Virus record (IMG/VR): IMGVR_UViG_2718218452_000012
Reading direction: 5' to 3' (one strand)
Source of the DNA: a virus
Taxonomy: Duplodnaviria > Heunggongvirae > Uroviricota > Caudoviricetes
DNA: 64,000 bases
The position numbers were made by a program, and so were the translations under genes. Positions within the stretch are counted from its first letter, which is position 1; every line of letters starts with the position of its first letter. Shown one piece after another: positions 46,638 through 56,431 of the stretch. The notes under the pieces are model-generated. The model made no database searches. It was not told the origin of the DNA and saw only the letters and a list, made by a program, of their open reading frames with translations.

Positions 46638-47142
46638 ACAGGCTCGTGAGGCTCTGGATGCCTGGATATGTCGACCAGGAATGACACAGGAGCAGGCGAC
46701 GATATTAATCACTGAAGCATTCTGGGCTTTGAAAGAGCGCCCGAACATCGATGTTCAGCGTGTCACAGATGAAGGTGGCGCGGTTGATCAGCGAGCGCTT
46801 GGCGTTAATCGAGTGAAGATATTCGAACGCTGGAAGGCTATCGACACCAGGGATAAGCGTGAAAAGTTCACGGCGCTAGTGCCTGCGATTATGGAGGCTA
46901 TCCGGATTAGTGATTTCAGGTTGTATCGTGAGATCAGTGATGGAAAAAGTATTACGTACATGATCGCCGGGTTAAATAAAGAATATGGCGATGTGGTGGA
47001 ATCCGGACTGCTTTTTGCAGATCCTGCCGTTGTAGATCGTGAAACTGACGAACTTATAGAAAAAGCAATTGCTTTCAAGCTTGCGTATCGACAGCAATAC
47101 CAACAAAAAGCTGGATGGAATTATGAGTCTTCTTTTTGCTGA
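46621..47142 (+). CDS. YdaT-like phage early protein, copy 2
   Basis: 173 aa, 2 substitutions vs copy 1. Confidence 0.45.
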   Translation: MKITPEQAREALDAWICRPGMTQEQATILITEAFWALKERPNIDVQRVTDEGGAVDQRALGVNRVKIFERWKAIDTRDKREKFTALVPAIMEAIRISDFRLYREISDGKSITYMIAGLNKEYGDVVESGLLFADPAVVDRETDELIEKAIAFKLAYRQQYQQKAGWNYESSFC

Positions 47143-48088
47143 ACGCCCACTGGTTATAAACACGCAGCTGGCAATGAAAATTGGCTTAAACGAAGCCATT
47201 GTTTTGCAACAACTGCACTACTGGTTGAGAGATACCAACTCCGGCATGGAATGTGATGGTGTTCGCTGGATTTATAACACAACGGAACAATGGCTGGAAC
47301 AGTTCCCATTCTGGTCAGAGTCAACGTTAAAGCGCGCGTTTGCAAGTCTGAAAACGCTGGGGCTTTTGCGTTGTGAAAAGCTCAATAAATCAAAGCGCGA
47401 TATGACCAATTTCTACACGATCAACTACGGGAGCGAGCTTTTAGATGGTGGCAAATTGAGCGAATCCATCGGTTTAAAATGCGCCGCTCCATCAGGTCAA
47501 AATGACACGATGGAAGAGGTCAAAATGAAACGCTCCATTGGTTCAAAACGACTCAATGTCATCGGGTCAAAATGGCCTGATGATCTTACAGAGAATACAA
47601 CAGAGATTACTACAGAGAATAAAAAGACTTCTCGTCCGGAAGCTTCGCAACCGGACCCGCAGACGGTTGAACAGGATTTTTTAACCCGACACCCTGACGC
47701 GGTTGTGTTCAGTGCGAAAAAACGCCAGTGGGGCAGCCAGGAAGATTTGGCGTGTGCGCAGTGGATCTGGGGGCGAATCGTGAGTCTTTACGAGCAGGCC
47801 GCCAGCGATGATGGCGAGATTTCGCGACCGAAAGAACCCAACTGGACCGCATGGGCCAACGACGTGCGCACAATGCGGATGCTGGATGGCAGAACTCACA
47901 GACAAATTTGTGAAATGTTTGGTCGGGTGCAGCGGGATCCATTCTGGGTAAAAAATATCATGAGTCCGTCAAAGCTTCGCGAAAAATGGGATGAACTGGT
48001 TATCCGCCTGGGGCGTTCGTCTGTACAGCGTTGTGTGAATCATATTTCTGAGCCGGATACCGAAATTCCGCCGGGCTTCAGGGGGTAA
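47123..48088 (+). CDS. phage replication initiation protein (O-like), copy 2
   Basis: ORF 47069..48088; ATG at 47123 overlaps end of upstream gene; about 96 percent identical to copy 1. Confidence 0.55.
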   Translation: MSLLFAERPLVINTQLAMKIGLNEAIVLQQLHYWLRDTNSGMECDGVRWIYNTTEQWLEQFPFWSESTLKRAFASLKTLGLLRCEKLNKSKRDMTNFYTINYGSELLDGGKLSESIGLKCAAPSGQNDTMEEVKMKRSIGSKRLNVIGSKWPDDLTENTTEITTENKKTSRPEASQPDPQTVEQDFLTRHPDAVVFSAKKRQWGSQEDLACAQWIWGRIVSLYEQAASDDGEISRPKEPNWTAWANDVRTMRMLDGRTHRQICEMFGRVQRDPFWVKNIMSPSKLREKWDELVIRLGRSSVQRCVNHISEPDTEIPPGFRG

Positions 48089-48128
48089 GTGTTAATTTCT
48101 GGTCATGAGGTAATTTTCAGGAGGGCTT

Positions 48129-48551
48129 GTGGCAAAAGTTTTTACACAAGAAGAGCGGGAAAAAATTAAAGGGCAGGTTGTTGAACTCGTACGCCGGAGT
48201 GGGCGTGAGACGTTACGGCAACTGGAAGTCAAGACAGGTGCGACAAGATATCTGATGAGCGTTCTCGCAAGAGAGCTGGTTGCCAGCGGCGATGTATACA
48301 ACTCTGGTTACGGGTTATTCCCGTCTGAACAGGCGCGTAAGGACTGGCAAAATGCCCGTAAAAAGCTCTCAAGGGCAAAGCTGAAGGAACCATCTGCGGT
48401 TGATCCGGACCTTATCTGGTCATTACCTGACGGAGAAATACGTCGCTACGACAGGCGTCAGAACATAATCTGTCGCGAGTGCCGGAAGAGTGAAGTTATG
48501 CAGCGCATACTAGCATTCTATCAGGGAAATGCTCGATATTTATTGAAGTGA
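48129..48551 (+). CDS. phage early protein (intact paralog of IS-disrupted 38865..39284)
   Basis: 140-aa ORF with C-terminal CRECRK motif; function unknown. Confidence 0.5.
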   Translation: MAKVFTQEEREKIKGQVVELVRRSGRETLRQLEVKTGATRYLMSVLARELVASGDVYNSGYGLFPSEQARKDWQNARKKLSRAKLKEPSAVDPDLIWSLPDGEIRRYDRRQNIICRECRKSEVMQRILAFYQGNARYLLK

Positions 48552-48803
48552 TGAGATTAAAGTTTATTAGTTCAGATATTGATTGGCTCTTTTGTGGAGT
48601 AGGGTAGAGTTAGTGTGTTTGTCTGCTTGGTGCCAGCAGCGGATATGTTTAACAACAGAAAGCATTCAGCATGGTTAGTGGATTTGCAAAGTGGATTAGG
48701 ATTTGAGAAACTTTGATGAAGTTGTAAAGCTTGTTTCTATAAAAATAGAAATTTAACTAATAGTTAAACACACCTCCAGCTTCATTGAAAAGGATTATTA
48801 GCT

Positions 48804-49703
48804 ATGATTGATCCACTTATTAGAAACTTACAGAGTGATATTGCACTACTCCAGCTTTATATCGCGCAACGCAAACAGGCAGGCTTTCATGACATGGAAA
48901 GAATAATTGAGTCATTGACCATCTTTATGTTTCGCGCGCTGAAAATGGGTGAACTGGTAAACATGAATCAGATTAAAGTTAATTTTCCCGCCATTGATTT
49001 AGCTGATAATAAAAACATGATAGCAGTTCAAGTTACTACGAATGCAAGTCCAGCAAAAATTAAAAAAACTATCGAATCTTTTGAGAAAATAAATGAAATA
49101 GGAGAGAGTCTGAAAGATAAATACTCTACTTTATATATTTTTGGTTTTTGTAAAGCCTCAAGATACCTAACTCCAAGTTATTGTAAAATAATCGACCCCA
49201 GCTATTTCGTGAATGAACTTTGCGATAAAGCAGATGAAGATATGGTCCAGGATATGATTGACGCCATTCGACGCCATCATGATTATACATCATTACATCC
49301 ATGGAGTGATAAAGATTCACTCGAAATTATACTCAATATTATTAATCGCAATGCAATAAAACATCGGATGAGTTGCGAAGGCAGTCTGTCTGATATGCTC
49401 ACTGGTTTAAAAGAAATTAATGAAGTAATTACAAAAGGAACAATTCAACGTAAGCAACGTTCAAAATCGATATCTGACTTCAAAGATCAAAGCATGGTGA
49501 AATTTATGAGAGGTGTAATGGATGATTTGTCTGTTATTCAAGCCATAGTGAACAAATCTAAAGTTAACCAAGGTGATATGGTTTATATAAGCCATGAAGA
49601 TATGATTAATATTGATAAATTAAAAGCTAAAATAGCAAGTGATTCATCAGAGATTGCAAGGCTAAATAATATTGATATAACACTAAATGTTGTTGATTTA
49701 TAA
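48804..49703 (+). CDS. hypothetical protein, low-GC cargo (possible defence-island protein)
   Basis: 299-aa ORF in AT-rich island; no motif I can assign with certainty; N-terminal region reminiscent of domains seen in abortive-infection proteins (unverified). Confidence 0.55.
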   Translation: MIDPLIRNLQSDIALLQLYIAQRKQAGFHDMERIIESLTIFMFRALKMGELVNMNQIKVNFPAIDLADNKNMIAVQVTTNASPAKIKKTIESFEKINEIGESLKDKYSTLYIFGFCKASRYLTPSYCKIIDPSYFVNELCDKADEDMVQDMIDAIRRHHDYTSLHPWSDKDSLEIILNIINRNAIKHRMSCEGSLSDMLTGLKEINEVITKGTIQRKQRSKSISDFKDQSMVKFMRGVMDDLSVIQAIVNKSKVNQGDMVYISHEDMINIDKLKAKIASDSSEIARLNNIDITLNVVDL

Positions 49704-50017
49704 TTGTCGATTTAGCAAAACAGAGAATGCTTTGAAAGTTTCACCGAGAAATATTTATTGTGAACCTCCTTATTGTTTATCGACTTTTACTCTCCGCTCA
49801 TTGCAGTACTGTCGGAGAAGGCTACTATGTACAAGAAGCAGCTAACATAAGCGAGCATCACTATTGATATTAGGAAGAGTATATAAAAACTTCATGCTGA
49901 ACCTTACAAAAGTAGGTAAACCGGCAATGGCCTAAGTGGCAGGGTCATGTTGATCCGGCACTGCCGAGCTAATAATTAACAAGCAAATCACTCTTTCTAA
50001 TAATTTGTTGAAATAAA

Positions 50018-50677
50018 CTAAATATGTATATGTTTACCAACAACCACATATGAACTACCTGCTTTGCTCCATGATTTTATTATTTCTAAATTATTATCTG
50101 AGCATATTTTACTTACAGTATCCACATCTAATAAACCATAGTAGAAAGCATTGCGAGAGTTTTGGTATATATACCCATGCAAATGTTTAATACCGCTCTC
50201 GTACCTCTTGAAATAAGAACTTTTGTATTGATTGACAATCAGTGCTTCACCATCACTCTTTAATAATTCTCTAATCGCACTGAGGACTTTGTGAATTGTG
50301 GATTCACATGGAATTGCGGAAAGCACGTTTGCGCAAAGTATGAAATCATAATGATTTGTTATTTTATCTATATTTTCATAAGAAACAATATTAGCATTCT
50401 TATAGTTATTTATCACGTAATCTGGAATCGTGGTTTGTACACCTCTGATAATTTGCACTCTTTCTAGTTGTCTTCTGGAATCTAAAAATGTCACAGTTTC
50501 AAATTTATTTACTAATTGTTCTGAATATCTAAGTTTTCCACATCCAAAATCAAGGGCATTGCCATTTTTATTAGTGCTTTCAATCTGTTTACAGAGATAG
50601 TTAGATGGCATAGTGTGCGGTTTCGCTGCATTTTCTGAACGTATGTTTATTCCATTTATTTTGTAATTCAAAATCAA
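50018..50677 (-). CDS. class I SAM-dependent methyltransferase
   Basis: 219 aa with motif I LDFGCGKL, acidic FLD after beta-2 and DFILCANVL motif; no DNA-MTase DPPY/PC motifs. Confidence 0.7.
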   Translation of the reverse strand: MILNYKINGINIRSENAAKPHTMPSNYLCKQIESTNKNGNALDFGCGKLRYSEQLVNKFETVTFLDSRRQLERVQIIRGVQTTIPDYVINNYKNANIVSYENIDKITNHYDFILCANVLSAIPCESTIHKVLSAIRELLKSDGEALIVNQYKSSYFKRYESGIKHLHGYIYQNSRNAFYYGLLDVDTVSKICSDNNLEIIKSWSKAGSSYVVVGKHIHI

Positions 50678-50683
50678 CCTCGT

Positions 50684-51391
50684 TTAAAAAATATTGTTAT
50701 TGTTAAAGAATTCTTTTATTTTGCTATCAGGTATTTGTCTTACTTGGCTTTCTGTTCTTGGTTTAACTGATGCTATGAAAATAAGGAAGTCAAATGCGAC
50801 AAGAGAAATAATCCACAACCAAAGATTAATTAAAGAGCCAGTAACAGAGAATATATTTGTTAATTTGGCGATACTTATTATTAAAATAGTAACAAATGCG
50901 ATTACTGTATGTTCAAAGAAAACCCAAAAGTAATAAACTTTGTTCCAGAAAAGTTCAACGTAATGTTTGTCTTTTAACTCTTTAACTTCTGGGTAATACA
51001 GTTTACTCATTACCTTGTGAGATTCATCAGTAGTTAATTTTCTCGTAACGCCTGCAATTTTTGCTAATGGTTTAATAATTAAATGACTATCCCACATCTT
51101 CCTTATTCCAATAATTTTTGCTACATTATTATGTAGATCTAAAGCTCCACTAATTACTGACCAAAAAACTGAAGATGCAATTGGTAATATGCCAAAGGTT
51201 AATATCCATTTAATAAATTCCTCGTAGTCTTTAACGGGGGGGATATACTTGGCATTAATGCCAACCAATGGCATGTAGCCATAAATGACTAATGATAGGT
51301 AAAATATAAATGTAGTAATAAAAGTCGCCTTATGGAGCATAGGCAACATTTCATTATAACTCTTTGGTGGTTCTAACATTTTACTCTCCAA
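50684..51391 (-). CDS. integral membrane protein (about 4 TM helices), upstream partner of methyltransferase
   Basis: 235-aa ORF with 4 hydrophobic helices; 6-bp gap to downstream MTase gene suggests operon. Confidence 0.6.
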   Translation of the reverse strand: MESKMLEPPKSYNEMLPMLHKATFITTFIFYLSLVIYGYMPLVGINAKYIPPVKDYEEFIKWILTFGILPIASSVFWSVISGALDLHNNVAKIIGIRKMWDSHLIIKPLAKIAGVTRKLTTDESHKVMSKLYYPEVKELKDKHYVELFWNKVYYFWVFFEHTVIAFVTILIISIAKLTNIFSVTGSLINLWLWIISLVAFDFLIFIASVKPRTESQVRQIPDSKIKEFFNNNNIF

Positions 51392-52121
51392 ACACTCAAA
51401 AAAAAGCTAATCTTCTATAATAACGAAATTCAGCTGGCACAATTAAAGATTAATTGCCACCAATTTCTTGATTTTATAATTTTATCTAAATGTTTTTGAT
51501 TAATCTAGTCCTAAAAGAAACCTACTGCATAAATATTTATGCTGATGACCCACTCCCTGTTCGTTAACACATAGCAACGTTAGTAATGCATCCTAAGTGA
51601 TCAATATTTTTGCTAGCTTCATCTGCTCGCTCAAAGGGAACTATAATGTTGGCTTGCGTGTGACTTGGCATGTTTAAAGAAGTGCTGGTGGTGACTGGTT
51701 GCTGTTTTCCATTTCCACAGAACAAAATCATAGAAACTATACCCAGTAGTTGTATTGAATCACTGACGAGACAGCCTCATATTTATCAGGACTGGTGTAC
51801 GTCCAATACAGGAGGTTGTGGTGCTGGTTCTCAAATGTGCGCTGGCTATTGCTGCTGTAATGGCAATTTATTGTCTTGCTGTTGTTCTTATGGATCACCT
51901 TTCTGATTGATTTCATATTGGCGAGGTAACGGTAGTTAAGTAGAATTGCTGCGGGTGCTTGAGGCTATCTGCCTCGGGCATCAACACCAAAGGCAGATAG
52001 AGAAAAGCCCCAGTTAACATTACGCGTCCGGCAAGACGCTTAACATTAATCTGAGGCCATATCTATGCTCTACACACGTAGGTTAGCCTCTTACGTGCCG
52101 AAAGGCAAGGAGAAGCAGGCT

Positions 52122-52277
52122 ATGAAGCAGCAAAAGGCGATGTTAATCGCCCTGATCGTCATCTGTTTAACCGTCATAGTGACGGCACTGGTAACGAGGA
52201 AAGACCTCTGCGAGGTACGAATCCGAACCGGCCAGACGGAGGTCGCTGTCTTCACAGCTTACGAATCTGAGGAGTAA
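52122..52277 (+). CDS. Hok-family type I toxin, second copy
   Basis: 51-aa MKQQKAMLIALIVICLTVIVTALVTRKDLCEVRIRTGQTEVAVFTAYESEE inside ORF 52065..52277. Confidence 0.8.
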   Translation: MKQQKAMLIALIVICLTVIVTALVTRKDLCEVRIRTGQTEVAVFTAYESEE

Positions 52278-52345
52278 GAGACCCGGCGGGGGAGAAATCC
52301 CTCGCCACCTCTGATGTGTCAGGCATTCTCAACGCACCCGCATTT

Positions 52346-52377
52346 AACCCGCTTCGGCGGGTTTTTGTTTTTATTTT
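52346..52377 (+). terminator. rho-independent terminator downstream of hok copy 2
   Basis: AACCCGCTTCGGCGGGTT hairpin plus T-run. Confidence 0.6.
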
Positions 52378-52494
52378 CAACGCGTTTGAAGTTCTGGGCG
52401 GTGCCGGAATAGAATCAAAAATACTTAAGTAGCGCGCAGGGATAAGAGGGATGGACCCCGAACAGGGGAGTGCTATTTATCTGGAAGGATTCTG

Positions 52495-52758
52495 TTGATG
52501 AAAATCGAAGAATTACGTGAAATTTTTACTGAAGATGGCCTCTATACTGTGCGCGTTGAGAATGGTGCTATTGTCAGTCACTGCCGTATTAAATGTTTAC
52601 AATCTAAACAAAGGAAGAGTGGAGCTGCGTTAATTTATTTTGTGGATGAACTTGTGACAGATGGTTTTATTTTGCGTGAAAATGAATTTGTCACATCATT
52701 GCAGTCTCTGAAAGAAGCTGGGCTTAAGGCTGGTTTTTCTGCTTTTGAAGATGAGTAA
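52495..52758 (+). CDS. hypothetical nin-region protein (paralog of 34968..35219)
   Basis: 87-aa ORF. Confidence 0.45.
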   Translation: MMKIEELREIFTEDGLYTVRVENGAIVSHCRIKCLQSKQRKSGAALIYFVDELVTDGFILRENEFVTSLQSLKEAGLKAGFSAFEDE

Positions 52759-52824
52759 ATTCATCTACAATTCAGCACAGGGCTGAACCCCTGTTGAGTA
52801 ACACTGTGCCACCGGAGAAAACCG

Positions 52825-53103
52825 ATGGCGCAAAATTCCAGACCACACAATTCTGATAATTCAGCCGTCTTTGCCAGCAGGCACGGGCGGCGTTCTCATG
52901 CATTCAAATATGACTGGTACCAGCATGACCCATGCACTGAAGAACAGGCCGAATGGCTGATTCAGAACTACCGCAGGCGTGGGTATGAGTTTAGGAAAGC
53001 CCTCAGCCTCGATTATCGTCACTGGATAATCTACGTCAGGCTCCCTTATTCCGAACGCCCACCGCGTCCGTCCCGCACATTCCAGCAACGCATCTGGAGG
53101 TAA
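52825..53103 (+). CDS. Rem-like protein
   Basis: 92-aa ORF about 75 percent identical to rem at 34623..34901. Confidence 0.6.
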   Translation: MAQNSRPHNSDNSAVFASRHGRRSHAFKYDWYQHDPCTEEQAEWLIQNYRRRGYEFRKALSLDYRHWIIYVRLPYSERPPRPSRTFQQRIWR

Positions 53104-53104
53104 C

Positions 53105-54154
53105 GTGCGGGTATTACTTCGACCTGTTCCGGTACCGGAACTTGGGCTGGTGGTCCTTAAGCCGGGCCGTGAATCCATGCAGGTATTTCATAACCCTCGA
53201 GTGCTGGTGGAGCCGGAACCAAAAAGCATGCGCGGTCTGCCGTCCGGAGTCGTTCCTGCCGTTCGCCAGCCGCTGGCGGAGGATAAATCATTACTGCCAT
53301 TTTTCAGCGATGAGCGGGTGATTCGTGCTGCTGGCGGCGCTGGTGCACTGTCTGACTGGCTGTTGCGTCATGTCAAATCCTGCCAGTGGCCTCATGGTGA
53401 CTATCATCACAGTGAAACCGTCATACATCGTTACGGTACCGGCGCGATGGTGTTGTGCTGGCACTGCGACAACCAGCTGCGTGACCAGACCTCTGAATCA
53501 CTCGGGCAACTTGCTCATCAAAACCTGTCAGCATGGATGATTGACGTCATACGCCATGCAATGAATGGCACACAGGAGCGGGAATTATCTCTGGCTGAAT
53601 TATCCTGGTGGGCGGTCCGCAATCAGGTGGCGGACGCGCTACCGGAAGCTGTATTACGTCGTTCACTGGGGTTGCGTGCGGAAAAAATCCGCTCCTTGTA
53701 CCGCGAAAGCGACATCGTACCGGGAGAGCAGACCGCCACCAGCATACTGAAGCAGCGCACAAAAAATCTTGCGCCGTTGCTTCACACCCACCAGCCACAG
53801 AACCCAGCACAGGAAAAGGCGGTGGTCAGCATTACCGTTGATCCGGAGTCTCCGGAATCTTTCATGAGGCGACCTAAACGTCGCCGTTGGGTAAATGAGA
53901 AATATACGAGCTGGGTGAAGACACAGCCGTGTGCGTGTTGTGGTCAGCCAGCCGACGATCCCCATCACCTGATTGGTCACGGTCAGGGAGGGATGGGAAC
54001 AAAATCCCACGATATTTTCACGCTACCGCTGTGTCGGGAGCATCACAACGAGCTTCATGCGGATCCGCTGGCGTTCGAAGAAAAGCATGGTTCCCAGATT
54101 GATTTAATTTTTCGTTTTCTTGATCACGCCTTTGCAACCGGCGTGCTCGGGTAA
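53105..54154 (+). CDS. DUF968 protein YdfU-like
   Basis: 349-aa ORF, paralog of 33572..34621. Confidence 0.75.
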   Translation: MRVLLRPVPVPELGLVVLKPGRESMQVFHNPRVLVEPEPKSMRGLPSGVVPAVRQPLAEDKSLLPFFSDERVIRAAGGAGALSDWLLRHVKSCQWPHGDYHHSETVIHRYGTGAMVLCWHCDNQLRDQTSESLGQLAHQNLSAWMIDVIRHAMNGTQERELSLAELSWWAVRNQVADALPEAVLRRSLGLRAEKIRSLYRESDIVPGEQTATSILKQRTKNLAPLLHTHQPQNPAQEKAVVSITVDPESPESFMRRPKRRRWVNEKYTSWVKTQPCACCGQPADDPHHLIGHGQGGMGTKSHDIFTLPLCREHHNELHADPLAFEEKHGSQIDLIFRFLDHAFATGVLG

Positions 54155-54166
54155 AAGAGGTTACTG

Positions 54167-54526
54167 ATGCGTATAGAGTTTGTTTTGCCTTACCCGCCAA
54201 CGGTGAACACCTACTGGCGGCGTCGTGGCAGCACATATTTTGTATCAAAAGTCGGTGAGCGTTATCGCCGTGATGTGGCGCTTATTGTTCGCCAGCAGCA
54301 ACTGAAATTAAACCTGTCCGGAAGGCTGGCAATAAAAATTATTGCAGAGCCACCGGATAAGCGCCGTCGTGACCTGGACAATATCCTGAAGGCACCACTG
54401 GATGCACTGACGCATGCGGGGCTGCTCATAGACGACGAGCAGTTTGATGAAATTAATATTGTGCGCGGTCAGCTTGTTCCTGGTGGGCGGTTGGGGATAA
54501 AAATCACAGAACTGGGGTGCGCATGA
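54167..54526 (+). CDS. rusA: Holliday junction resolvase RusA
   Basis: 119 aa with conserved RRRDLDN catalytic motif. Confidence 0.85.
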   Translation: MRIEFVLPYPPTVNTYWRRRGSTYFVSKVGERYRRDVALIVRQQQLKLNLSGRLAIKIIAEPPDKRRRDLDNILKAPLDALTHAGLLIDDEQFDEINIVRGQLVPGGRLGIKITELGCA

Positions 54527-55212
54527 ATAACCAGTATTTACAGTTTGTGCGTGAGCAGCTCATTATCGCCACCGCTGATTTGAGTGGGGCAACAAAAGGT
54601 CAGCTTGAAGCCTGGCAGGAGAATGCCATGTTCGATACAGGGCGTTACAGGCGTAAAAAAATCCGGTACCGCGATGAAGTGACTGGAAAAATGATAACGC
54701 GGGATAATCCACCAATCCCGGGAAAGCAATCGCTGGCGAAGGGGACGTCAATTCCTCTGGTCAGTCCGATTGAGTTTTCGACATCATCGTGGCGGCGGGC
54801 TGTTCTGTCTCTTGAAGAACATCATAAAGCCTGGTTGTTGTGGTGTTACAGCGGGAGTATTTGTTGGGAATATCAGATCGCGATAACACAGTGGGCGTGG
54901 AATGAATTTAATACTCAATCCGGTACCAGAAAAATTGCAGGGAAAACGCAGGAACGCCTGAAAAAATTAATCTGGCTGGCGGCGCAGGCAGTAAAAGCAG
55001 AACTTTTTGGTGGGGAAGGTTATGAATACAAGGAGCTGGCATTACTGGTGGGAGTGACAACTAAAAACTGGTCCAAAACATTTACTCGTCACTGGGTTGC
55101 AATGAAACACATTTTTCACCGACTGGATAGTGAGGCTTTATTGTTTGTAATGAGAACGCGTTCAAAACAAAAGGCGGCATTTTCAAAGCAAAGTGTTGCA
55201 AAAGTAGATTGA
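54517..55212 (+). CDS. putative late-gene antiterminator (Q-like; family uncertain)
   Basis: 231-aa ORF after rusA and immediately before a terminator and tRNA cluster, the canonical Q position. Confidence 0.5.
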   Translation: MRMNNQYLQFVREQLIIATADLSGATKGQLEAWQENAMFDTGRYRRKKIRYRDEVTGKMITRDNPPIPGKQSLAKGTSIPLVSPIEFSTSSWRRAVLSLEEHHKAWLLWCYSGSICWEYQIAITQWAWNEFNTQSGTRKIAGKTQERLKKLIWLAAQAVKAELFGGEGYEYKELALLVGVTTKNWSKTFTRHWVAMKHIFHRLDSEALLFVMRTRSKQKAAFSKQSVAKVD

Positions 55213-55275
55213 AAGGCATATATTTCATGCAAATCTGATATTTTGCCGATTTTGTACGTGATGGCAAAAGCAAAC

Positions 55276-55303
55276 AAAACCCGCCCACAAGCGGGTTTTT
55301 TTG
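55276..55303 (+). terminator. rho-independent terminator downstream of Q-like gene (tR'-like)
   Basis: AAAACCCGCCCACAAGCGGGTTTTTTT. Confidence 0.6.
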
Positions 55304-55422
55304 TGCCACTTATCTCGGATAGACATGGTGAATGCGCTGGTGGAGGAAGCAAGGGTAATTTTTAACCAGGTGATTCTTGAATGCTTGCAACATTGATTTC
55401 GTAACGTTATTATCCTGCGCCC

Positions 55423-55498
55423 GGCCCTTTAGCTCAGTGGTGAGAGCGAGCGACTCATAATCGCCAGGCCGCTGGTTCAAATCCAGCAAGGGCCACCA
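55423..55498 (+). tRNA. ileZ: tRNA-Ile2 (anticodon CAU, ileX/ileZ-like)
   Basis: 76-nt cloverleaf GGCCCTTTAGCTCAGTGG..CTCATAA..GGTTCAAATCC..AAGGGCCACCA closely resembling E. coli ileX. Confidence 0.85.
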
Positions 55499-55505
55499 TC
55501 ACATA

Positions 55506-55582
55506 CCGCCATTAGCTCATCGGGATAGAACGCCAGCCTTCGAAGCTGGTTTCGCGGGGTTCGAGTCTCCGATGGCGGTCCA
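55506..55582 (+). tRNA. argN: tRNA-Arg (anticodon UCG)
   Basis: 77-nt cloverleaf; anticodon loop CTTCGAA; T-loop GGTTCGAGTCC; 3' CCA. Confidence 0.75.
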
Positions 55583-55595
55583 TTATCGGTATTCT

Positions 55596-55672
55596 GCGTT
55601 TTTAGCTCAGCCGGACAGAGCAATTGCCTTCTAAGCAATCGGTCACTGGTTCGAACCCAGTACAACGCACCA
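55596..55672 (+). tRNA. argO: tRNA-Arg (anticodon UCU)
   Basis: 77-nt cloverleaf; anticodon loop CTTCTAA; T-loop GGTTCGAACCC; 3' CCA. Confidence 0.75.
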
Positions 55673-55841
55673 CACTTATTTTCCCTCGCTCGCTTTTGCG
55701 GACCTTTTTTGTATCCGCACCACGCCCGGCGCATACCAACCACAGAGCCTTTCGGGGGGAGCTTATGGAGTGGTCAGTGTGACTTTCTCTGTGGGCAGAT
55801 CGCTCCCGGGCGTTGGCTCACCCACCCAAAGGAACGTCACG

Positions 55842-56274
55842 ATGTTTGGTATTTTTGGTAAAAAAAGCCCGCAGAGCGGCAACGGAAATTAAAAAGTTTG
55901 AAAAACGCGATCTGGCACAGGTGGTGATTAACGCCGCATACCTGGTGGCCTGTGCAGATGGTGAATGTGAGGCTTCCTAGAAAGCGAAGATCGAACAGGT
56001 ACTGCGTAATCAGCCTGCGCTGTACGCGTTTACGTCAGAAATTAATGCGATTAGCGCAACCATTATCGGTCAGCTGGATACGAACTTTAAAACTGGTCGT
56101 CGTGCGGCGTTACGTGAGATCGAGGATGTGAAACACGATACGCGTGAAGCGGAAGATGTGCTGGATGTGGCGGTGGCCATTGCGGAGGCAGACGGCGAAA
56201 TTGAGCCGGAAGAGCGCAAGGTGCTGGAAGAGATTGCCGGTGTTCTGGGTCTTCGTCTGGAGAATTACCTGTGA
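55842..56274 (+). pseudogene. TerB-like (tellurite-resistance TerB family) gene with frameshift and in-frame TAG
   Basis: ATG with AAGGAA SD; reading frame breaks at an A7 run (55857..55867) and contains TAG; downstream frame encodes TerB-like acidic repeat ..AIAEADGEIEPEERKVLEEIAG.. Confidence 0.55.
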
Positions 56275-56431
56275 CGGTAAAACTGCGCCTGACTGTGGCT
56301 GCACTCCTGCTGTTTCTGGTGGTGATGGTGGATTTCACCAGCAGAATCATGTCGGTGCTGGCGGATGGGGTGCTGGTCTGCGGCATTATGGTATTGCTGT
56401 GGCCGGTGATAAAAAGAAACAGCCTGCATAA
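56271..56431 (+). CDS. small hydrophobic membrane peptide
   Basis: GTG overlapping upstream stop (GTGA); encodes ..LLLFLVVMVDFTSRIMSVLADGVLVCGIMVLLWPVIKRNSLHNA; inverted paralog at 58486..58596. Confidence 0.4.
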
